Shown one piece after another: positions 1 to 6,987 of a stretch of DNA of 43,532 nt. The translations under genes were made by a program, and so were the position numbers. The DNA lies in assembly GCA_964603905.1 (NCBI GenBank), contig CAZRWH010000006.1:3224-46755 (forward strand), written 5' to 3'. Under the pieces are notes generated by a model. That model saw only the letters and a list, made by a program, of their open reading frames with translations. It searched no databases and was not told the origin of the DNA. This DNA is from an uncultured Candidatus Peribacteria bacterium. GTDB lineage: Bacteria > Patescibacteriota > Gracilibacteria > UBA1369 > UBA12470. Numbering within the stretch: the first letter of the stretch is position 1; every line of letters starts with the position of its first letter.

Positions 1-73
1 AAATGGCAAATCACTCCTGATACTAGCAGACAGATGTTAAATTTTTGTTAAATCCTCAAGTGACAACAACATT

Positions 74-102
74 CTAAATAAAAGCGTTTTGCAAAGCAAA
101 AC
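74..102 (-). terminator. putative intrinsic terminator ending the minus-strand operon (108 aa, 862 aa, M16 peptidase)
   Basis: 7-bp stem GTTTTGC (86-92) / GCAAAAC (96-102) with a 3-nt loop. On the minus strand it is followed by GCTTTTATTT (plus 76-85). Confidence 0.5.
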
Positions 103-106
103 TCCA

Positions 107-141
107 CCATCTGCCATCTGCCATTTGCTATTTGCCATCTA
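107..141. repeat. heptamer tandem array: CCATCTG x2, CCATTTG, CTATTTG, CCATCTA
   Basis: Five phase-locked 7-nt units read directly. The array overlaps the stop codon (139-141) of the M16 peptidase gene. Confidence 0.85.
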
Positions 142-1374
142 AACCTCCACATTCCCAATCACCGCAACTCTAAGATTCTCAGGTGCCAGCAGCTTCTCCG
201 CAACTCGACGAACATCTTGCGCTGTAACAGCCTCAATCCCCTCCAAAACAGCATCAACATCACGAATTTCTCCATAAAGAAGCTCGTATTTTGCAAGTAA
301 ATGAGCCATTTCTTCACTATCTTCTAATTTCAAAATAATCTTGCCCTTCATATAAGCTTTTGCCTTTTCAAGCTCCTTTTCTGGCACATCTTCAGTACGA
401 ATCTTCTCGTATTCCGCTTTGATCGCATCAACCGCCTCAGAGACACGTTTTGCATCAACCCCAGCTCCTGTTGAGAGGGTTCCACAATCGGTATAATTGT
501 CTGTCGACGTCCTAATATAATAACAAAGCCCGCGCTCCTCACGCACCGACATAAACATTCGAGAACTCATATTTCCTCCAAGAATCACAGAAAGCACTTT
601 CTCCGCATAGCTATCCTCGTGCATTTCAGGAACACCACGAACACCAACGACAAGATGAACTTGTTCTGTCTTCTTTTTGTGGATTTTCTTGGTGTTTTTG
701 GCCAAATCTGGATCAAAAGGATTGTACTCCAAGCTCTGCTTCGCTTCTCCAAATTTAAACTTCTCCTCAACCAATCTCACCGCATCCTCGTGCTCAATAT
801 TTCCAACAACCGCAACTACACAATTGTCCGCTGTGTATAGCGCCTCTTTATATTTTTTAAAGTCCTCATGCGTCACATTTTTGATAAGCTCCTTGGTTCC
901 AATTTGATCCCACCCCATAGGCTGATCTCCGAAAACAAGCTGCTCAAAATCCCAACCAATTTGGTACATCGGCGTATCTTGATACATGTTGTACTCCTCA
1001 AGAATCACACCTCTCTCTTTTTCGATCTCTTTTGAATCAAATTTTGCATTCAGCATCATATCCGAAAGAACATCCGCAGCAACTTCAGCTTTTTCAGAGG
1101 CAACTTTTACAAAATATCCCGCATACTCCTTACCTGTAAAAGCGTTAAAAACACCTCCAACACCATCAATAGCCTCAGAAACCTCACGCGCATTTTTGTA
1201 AGTGTCAGCACCCTTGAAGAACATATGCTCCAAAAAGTGTGAAATACCTCTAAGTTCTTGGTTTTCATAACGACTTCCGGCACCACAAAGCACCAAAATC
1301 GTAACCGCTTTTGTGCCTTCCATTTTCCCCGTTACAACTCGCAGACCACTTTCCAATTGTGTTTTTTTATACAT
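139..1374 (-). CDS. M16 (pitrilysin/insulinase) family zinc metallopeptidase
   Basis: HFLEH (HxxEH) zinc motif near the N-terminus and typical M16 length. The ATG at 1374 (MYKKTQLESGLRVV) is preferred; the ORF track extends to a GTG at 1404. Confidence 0.85.
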   Translation of the reverse strand: MYKKTQLESGLRVVTGKMEGTKAVTILVLCGAGSRYENQELRGISHFLEHMFFKGADTYKNAREVSEAIDGVGGVFNAFTGKEYAGYFVKVASEKAEVAADVLSDMMLNAKFDSKEIEKERGVILEEYNMYQDTPMYQIGWDFEQLVFGDQPMGWDQIGTKELIKNVTHEDFKKYKEALYTADNCVVAVVGNIEHEDAVRLVEEKFKFGEAKQSLEYNPFDPDLAKNTKKIHKKKTEQVHLVVGVRGVPEMHEDSYAEKVLSVILGGNMSSRMFMSVREERGLCYYIRTSTDNYTDCGTLSTGAGVDAKRVSEAVDAIKAEYEKIRTEDVPEKELEKAKAYMKGKIILKLEDSEEMAHLLAKYELLYGEIRDVDAVLEGIEAVTAQDVRRVAEKLLAPENLRVAVIGNVEV

Positions 1375-1431
1375 AAAATTTGTTTTTAAATTTGCAAAAA
1401 ACACCTTAGCAGAAAAACCTAATAGAAACTA

Positions 1432-4020
1432 TTACATCTCGGCGAGAATATCTTTGGCTATAGCAGTCCAGGCACTAATAACATCAGCCCTACTTAAACC
1501 AGCGCCTTCAAGCACCTTAAGTCCATCCGCAGAAAGAATTTGTTTATCTTTATCAGCAAAGCAAACACCCTCATCCGAACAACGAATCTTCTCGCTCAGA
1601 GCATTTTGCAGGCCATCTTTTCCAAGCTCAACCATGCCAGGAATCACCTCCCTTGCTAAAGTTGCCTGCTGAAGAGGTGTAAGTCTGCCCAGCCTACCAT
1701 CATTTGCATATTCATAAGATAGTCCCAAAACATTTGTACTTCTCAAATTAGGCAATTTAGCCAGAGCTGAAATACCTTCAACTCCATGTTGTTCAATACG
1801 CTTACAATTAGAAATTCTAATAGTCTCTAGCGTAGGAGACATTTCCAACCCTTTTATACTTCTCAAATCATCAATTCCAACAAAAACAACCTCTTTTATA
1901 TTAGGAAAAGCAAACACTCTAGGTTCAGAATTAAGATTTCCAACTTTAAAAAACCTCAAATAAGTAATCTTTTCAGCGAACTCAGGATTGCCAGACAGGC
2001 TTTTGTATAGAAGATGATATTGCTCATTCGAATTAATACTCAATCCAATACCCTCTGCAGAAATTTCAATCTGCATAGGATCCAAAACCTCCCGAAGTTC
2101 TTCAGGTAAAGACTCATGAATTTCCTCCTGCTGTACCGTGATAGCATCCTTACCAGTATCTCCAGGCACCTCTTCCACTTCAGGCTCTTCTGTCGGCGGC
2201 CTCATCGGAAGCGGAGGAACTGGAGGTGGAACTGGCGTAGGTGCTGGAGTTGGCTCAGGAGCCGGTGCAGGCTCAGGAATCCCTTTGGCTTCACGCCATG
2301 CTTTATTGAGGTCATCAATCAAACTTTCTTGCGTCACATCATCACCAAATCTTTCCTGAATATCTCCTTTACGAACAACAGACTCAACTCTTTTCCAGCT
2401 TTTCTTAAACACAACACCTTTATTGCTACCAAACGTTAAAACCCCAAATGGCTCATCATAATACGAAGTTTCTTTAGATGAAAACTCTTGGATTGTATCT
2501 GTAACAAAACGCAATCTAGCAGCTTGATGTTCAGCATTCTCTCGAAGAGATAATTTTTGAACTTCTTCCCTCCATTTAGAATTCATAGCCTCTTCTATCT
2601 TCTTACCATGATCCAAATCCGAAAACTTCCTAAGTTCATCATCACTGCCCCAGTCAGCAAATCTAAGCCATCCATCTTCTAAATCTAGCTTGAAAGGAGC
2701 TTTCTCATGACCTTTCTCAACATCATTTTGCTCAATATTAGCCAAATATTTAGTAACTGTACTTCCAATAAACAACCTTTCTTGATGCGAGAATCCACTC
2801 AAATCAGCCTGTTCAACCTCGCCACTAATTTTCCTAAGCTTGTCTTCTGGTTCTCCATCACCAAAATCCAAATCATTATACCCAAGAAGAGAATACAAAT
2901 ATTTCTTATTCTTAGAACCTACTCGCCTAGCCGCTCCTTTCGCAGGATCATATGGAGCATCCGCAACTCTTGTAAAAGTATTTTTCTTCCTGTTAAACCT
3001 CCAACCATATTGAATAAACAAACCTTCATGCTCTAAAGAACCATCTGCCATTTCAGTAAACTTTTGATCAATCAAAATTTTCCTATTTAGTGCATCACGA
3101 ACCGTAAGTTCTTGCCCTTCAATATATTCAAGATTCCATTTAGAAGCTCCTTCAGGAGTAGTTATCCAGCTGCTTTTATACTCCTCTTTGACATTCCCAT
3201 CAGCATCCGCAATTCCAACCGCAATAGCTTTTTCTTTTGAAATCGTAGAACCAATCGGCAAATTCTTAGCACCTTCAAGATCTTCAATATCAGCATCCAT
3301 AACAGGTGCAAGAACCTCGCCACCAAAACTTTCCCCAGGCTGGTCAGAAACATGCCAACCACCACCTTGAGTCGTATCCAAAGAATTATACCAATCCAAA
3401 GAGCTCGCATATTCACGCGAAAGCTGATCCCAATTTTGGGCAACAGCTCCAAGGTCAAAAACCTCTTCAGGATAAATAAAATTCGGATCCTTATCCGCAC
3501 CACGCGCATCATTAATCATCTTGATAATCGCAAAAGTAAGCTTAGGTTGTTCAACCCAACTCAGATTAAATTCTCTACAAACAATCATCGAAAGCGTATC
3601 CCCAGCTTGCACAGTGTATTTACCAAGACCAGTAGGCGCAGCAGGCAACTGGCCAGGTGTAGCCGAAGGCGCAGAACCAGGAGCACTACCAGAAAGCTGA
3701 CTCCTCAAAGAGTTAAGCTTTTGTGTAAGTTCAGTAGCCTTAGCCTCAACATTTTCTTTTGTAAATTCTTCCAAAATCACCAAAATCTCACCCCTCATCT
3801 GTCCAGCCAAAGCGGCGTCAACACCATCCAAGTTTTCACTCAGGAACGTATTTAACTCTTGAAATTGAGCAGTAGTCATCTTAACCGCATCATCAATCTT
3901 AACCTCTTGATTCACGCTTTCATCAAGACTATCAACATCATTCAACTTAACCAAAACCTCTTCTTCGCTCACGTTAGGAACATCTGCCCCTCCACCAACG
4001 CCCATTCCTTGAGTACTCAT
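1432..4020 (-). CDS. large hypothetical protein (862 aa) with a LysM-like segment, Pro-rich spacer and C-terminal Cys-containing LRR-like domain
   Basis: Hydrophilic N-terminus with no signal peptide. YTVQAGDTLSMI...IYPEEVFDL is LysM-like (nt ~3451-3621). PEPAPAPEPTPAPTPVPPPVPPLP lies at nt ~2169-2280. ITYLRFFKVGNL / IKEVVFVGIDDLRSIKGL / LETIRISNCKRI lie at nt ~1696-2133. Confidence 0.8.
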   Translation of the reverse strand: MSTQGMGVGGGADVPNVSEEEVLVKLNDVDSLDESVNQEVKIDDAVKMTTAQFQELNTFLSENLDGVDAALAGQMRGEILVILEEFTKENVEAKATELTQKLNSLRSQLSGSAPGSAPSATPGQLPAAPTGLGKYTVQAGDTLSMIVCREFNLSWVEQPKLTFAIIKMINDARGADKDPNFIYPEEVFDLGAVAQNWDQLSREYASSLDWYNSLDTTQGGGWHVSDQPGESFGGEVLAPVMDADIEDLEGAKNLPIGSTISKEKAIAVGIADADGNVKEEYKSSWITTPEGASKWNLEYIEGQELTVRDALNRKILIDQKFTEMADGSLEHEGLFIQYGWRFNRKKNTFTRVADAPYDPAKGAARRVGSKNKKYLYSLLGYNDLDFGDGEPEDKLRKISGEVEQADLSGFSHQERLFIGSTVTKYLANIEQNDVEKGHEKAPFKLDLEDGWLRFADWGSDDELRKFSDLDHGKKIEEAMNSKWREEVQKLSLRENAEHQAARLRFVTDTIQEFSSKETSYYDEPFGVLTFGSNKGVVFKKSWKRVESVVRKGDIQERFGDDVTQESLIDDLNKAWREAKGIPEPAPAPEPTPAPTPVPPPVPPLPMRPPTEEPEVEEVPGDTGKDAITVQQEEIHESLPEELREVLDPMQIEISAEGIGLSINSNEQYHLLYKSLSGNPEFAEKITYLRFFKVGNLNSEPRVFAFPNIKEVVFVGIDDLRSIKGLEMSPTLETIRISNCKRIEQHGVEGISALAKLPNLRSTNVLGLSYEYANDGRLGRLTPLQQATLAREVIPGMVELGKDGLQNALSEKIRCSDEGVCFADKDKQILSADGLKVLEGAGLSRADVISAWTAIAKDILAEM

Positions 4021-4036
4021 ATTTGAAAAAATTAAA

Positions 4037-4363
4037 TTATATATTTTTAAGTTCTTCCTCTAGCTGTTCCTCAGCCGCAGCAACATCTTTTGCTTGCGAC
4101 GCATCCGCAACACCTTTCTGAGCTTGCGATTTAAAACTCTTAACTTCTGAAGCCAATTTTTCTGCCAATTTTGGATCTTTTTCAAAAGCTTCTTTCAACA
4201 TTTTTTCGAGATCCGCTTGGTTTTGACTCAAAATTTCGATCAGTTTTTCGACATCTTTTTCTTCCATAAAAAACACCATCGCCTCCCACTCCTTTTTCTG
4301 CTCAACAGATAGGAATAAGTTCGATTTGATCAACGTAGCCGCTTTGTTTTTTATTTCTGTCAT
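4037..4363 (-). CDS. small acidic helical hypothetical protein (108 aa)
   Basis: ATG start 27 nt downstream of a consensus -10 box. Its stop is 16 nt upstream of the 862-aa gene. Composition is rich in charged residues (coiled-coil-like). Confidence 0.6.
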   Translation of the reverse strand: MTEIKNKAATLIKSNLFLSVEQKKEWEAMVFFMEEKDVEKLIEILSQNQADLEKMLKEAFEKDPKLAEKLASEVKSFKSQAQKGVADASQAKDVAAAEEQLEEELKNI

Positions 4364-4390
4364 CTATTATTTATTAACTATTATCTAATA

Positions 4391-4419
4391 ATTATACCAC
4401 TTTTACTCAATTTTTTCAA
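4391..4419 (-). promoter_or_regulatory. sigma70-type promoter, TTGAAA-N17-TGgTATAAT
   Basis: The reverse complement of 4391-4419 is TTGAAAaaattgagtaaaagtggTATAAT, with an extended -10 TG. Confidence 0.6.
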
Positions 4420-4422
4420 CCC

Positions 4423-4451
4423 TGTACAACCTTCTAAACGTCAACTACAAT
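4423..4451 (+). promoter_or_regulatory. possible promoter of the PBP gene, TGTACA-N17-TACAAT
   Basis: Good -10 box, weak -35 box, 17-nt spacer. Confidence 0.35.
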
Positions 4452-4467
4452 CCAAAGCACAAGACCG

Positions 4468-4488
4468 GCGACTTGCGACCCGCGACTA
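4468..4488. repeat. heptamer array GCGACTT GCGACCC GCGACTA in the PBP 5' leader
   Basis: Three phase-locked GCGACNN units ending 10 nt before the ATG at 4499. Confidence 0.6.
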
Positions 4489-4498
4489 ACACAAGCAA

Positions 4499-6730
4499 AT
4501 GAGAACCAACAACCGCCTAAACATAGTAATCATCATCGTTTTTTTGGTGACAGGAATCATAGGCCTACGACTATTCTGGCTACAGGTTGTATCTCACGGA
4601 CATTACAAAGAAATCGCTCAAAAAGAACACCAAGGCTACACCGAACTTCCGGCACGACGAGGTGAAATCCTAATCACAGACTACAATTCTGGCGAAGTTT
4701 TCAAACTAGCAACAAACACAACACTAGACCTCCTTTACGCCGATCCATACCTGATTGAAGACCCTGGAATGGTCGCAGAAACACTCGCGCCATTGCTTTT
4801 TAATCTAGAACAAGAAAAAGAGCTAGACGAAGAACGCGTCAAAGAAGAACTTGAAGAAGCATACGAAATCGAAAACGAAGAAATCCGGGAAGATGTATTA
4901 AAAACCATCTCATACAAAGACGACGGAGAACTTTTCGACGACTATCAAGACCGTTTAGAAGACCAATTAAGTGAAAAAATCCGCTCACAAATCCTTCTTG
5001 CCGAAGAGATGGACCAAGAAACAATCGACGCCCTCGTTACAGCCGATATAACAGGAGTGCTAGTAACTGAGCACGGAGATGTTTACGCATTCCCAAATGA
5101 AATCAGCAGCAAAAAAAGAACTGCAGAAGAACTAGCAGAAATATTCAAAGTAGACGCCGAAAACCTCGAAAGCATCCTAGAGGGAACCAACCGGTACACA
5201 GTACTCGACCGAAAACTTGACCCATCAGTGTCATCTGCAATCGATCAAATAATCGAAGAGGACGAAACAGGAGACTTCCTCGGAATACGAATGCTCGAAG
5301 AATATTACAGATACTATCCTGAAGAAGAGCTAGCGTCACAAATCCTTGGATACGTTAATTCCGCAGGTGTCGGACAGTATGGAATCGAAGGATTTTTCAA
5401 CTCATCACTAACCGGAAAAAAAGGTTACTTCACCTCGCAAATTGACGGTGTAGGAAAACAAATCACAGTAGGAGAAAGTGTTATCGAACCCGCAGAAGAC
5501 GGAGCAAATATCATGCTAACAATCGACAGAACAGTCCAACTCGAAGTCGAAAAACTTGTCGGAGCCGCAGTCGAAAGCTACCAAGCAGAAAGTGGGCAAG
5601 CCATCGTAATTGACCCCGAAACCGGCGCAATCATCGCAATGGCAAACTATCCAACATTCGACCCAAACCTTTACGGCCAAGTATATAACCTCCAAGAAAT
5701 CGAACTAACCGAAGAAGAGTGGGAACGCGTTTACAACATGGGAGATGAAGAAGATCCAGTCTGGTGGTTTTATACACAAATCGATCCCGACGAAAGAGTC
5801 AGAATCTTCCAAGACAGCGACGACCCTGAAACATGGTATTCATACGAAAACATGTACGGACCAGAGGTTTACAAAAACAAAACAATCCAAGCTATCTACG
5901 AGCCGGGATCAGTATTCAAACCAGTGGCAATGGCATCTGCGATAAACGCAAACGAAGTGACTCCAAATTCAACACACAATTGCACAGGACCACTCGAAGT
6001 TGACGAGTTCGAAATCCACACATTCGACGACACATACCACGGCATTGAAACAATGACAGAAGTACTAATCAATTCTTGCAACATCGGAATGGCATATGTC
6101 GCAGAACTTCTCGGCCGAAGCCTTTTTTACAGTTACATCCAAGCATTCGGATTTACAAAAAGAACAGACATACAACTGGACGGAGAAGAGTCAGGATACG
6201 TTGAATACTACGACGACTGGGCAAGATCAGAGCTGGTAACTCACGCCTTCGGACAAGGTATAACTGTAACACCGTTACAAATGGCTGTCGCTACAGCCGC
6301 ACTCGCAAACGACGGAGTTTTGATGCAACCATACATAGTCGAAAAAATAGAATACGCCGACGGATCTATCACAGAATACGAGCCTGAAATAATCAGACAA
6401 GCAGTCACAAAAGAGACAGCCGACCAAACAACAGCAATGCTAACAGCAGTCATCGAACAAGGAATTCCACAAGCACAAATAGACAATCATTACGTCGCAG
6501 GAAAATCAGGTACAGCCCAAACATACAAATGGGGAAAAGCACTTGAAGGAAAAGGTACAACAATCACATCATTCGTAGGATACGGCCCAATCGACGATCC
6601 ACAATTCGCAATTTTGGTTAAGTTCGACTATCCAAAAACAAACGAATGGGGAGCGAACACAGCAGGACCTGTCTTTGGGGATATAGCGGACTTCTTGTTT
6701 AGTTATTACAATATTCCGCCGGATAAGTAG
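4499..6730 (+). CDS. class B penicillin-binding protein (PBP2/FtsI-type peptidoglycan transpeptidase)
   Basis: N-terminal TM anchor. SVFK (SxxK, aa 471), SCN (SxN, aa 526) and KSGTA (KTG-type, aa 669) are in canonical order. Confidence 0.9.
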   Translation: MRTNNRLNIVIIIVFLVTGIIGLRLFWLQVVSHGHYKEIAQKEHQGYTELPARRGEILITDYNSGEVFKLATNTTLDLLYADPYLIEDPGMVAETLAPLLFNLEQEKELDEERVKEELEEAYEIENEEIREDVLKTISYKDDGELFDDYQDRLEDQLSEKIRSQILLAEEMDQETIDALVTADITGVLVTEHGDVYAFPNEISSKKRTAEELAEIFKVDAENLESILEGTNRYTVLDRKLDPSVSSAIDQIIEEDETGDFLGIRMLEEYYRYYPEEELASQILGYVNSAGVGQYGIEGFFNSSLTGKKGYFTSQIDGVGKQITVGESVIEPAEDGANIMLTIDRTVQLEVEKLVGAAVESYQAESGQAIVIDPETGAIIAMANYPTFDPNLYGQVYNLQEIELTEEEWERVYNMGDEEDPVWWFYTQIDPDERVRIFQDSDDPETWYSYENMYGPEVYKNKTIQAIYEPGSVFKPVAMASAINANEVTPNSTHNCTGPLEVDEFEIHTFDDTYHGIETMTEVLINSCNIGMAYVAELLGRSLFYSYIQAFGFTKRTDIQLDGEESGYVEYYDDWARSELVTHAFGQGITVTPLQMAVATAALANDGVLMQPYIVEKIEYADGSITEYEPEIIRQAVTKETADQTTAMLTAVIEQGIPQAQIDNHYVAGKSGTAQTYKWGKALEGKGTTITSFVGYGPIDDPQFAILVKFDYPKTNEWGANTAGPVFGDIADFLFSYYNIPPDK

Positions 6731-6753
6731 CGAGGACAGCGGTCCGAAGCAAA

Positions 6754-6773
6754 GACGATTCCGCGCAATCGTC
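6754..6773 (+). terminator. weak hairpin downstream of the PBP gene
   Basis: GACGATT / AATCGTC 7-bp stem with loop CCGCGC. There is no strong T-tract. Confidence 0.3.
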
Positions 6774-6874
6774 GGAGCGAAGGAGCATTTTCAAGAAATA
6801 AAGAGATTTTTTGAGATAGCAAACAAATCGAGTTATTTCACAGAAAATGAAGCTGGCCCCTATTGAAGATAAAT

Positions 6875-6902
6875 AGATGGCAGATGACAGATCATAGAGA
6901 CG
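6875..6902. repeat. heptamer array AGATGGC AGATGAC AGATCAT AGAGACG
   Basis: Four phase-locked units. This is the reverse complement of the CATCTGN family seen at 107 and 24941. Confidence 0.75.
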
Positions 6903-6915
6903 CTACATAAAGTTG

Positions 6916-6977
6916 AATTTTGGCGATAGGCGCGAGAACGTGTCTCGACTAGTGAAGAAGCCTATCGCCCAAAATTT
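6916..6977 (-). other. long imperfect hairpin 10 nt past the stop of the 853-aa gene, with the GTCTCGACTAG motif in its loop
   Basis: AATTTTGGCGATAGGC pairs with GCCTATCGC(C)CAAAATT (16 bp, 1-nt bulge). The 28-nt loop is gcgagaacgtGTCTCGACTAGtgaagaa. Confidence 0.6.
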
Positions 6978-6987
6978 CTTTCCCTAT

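Noticed and set aside
1313-1672. A 119-aa plus-strand ORF spanning the junction between the M16 and 862-aa genes.
   Set aside because: It is antisense to two well-supported genes, and its composition is low-complexity and hydrophobic, as expected for a shadow ORF.
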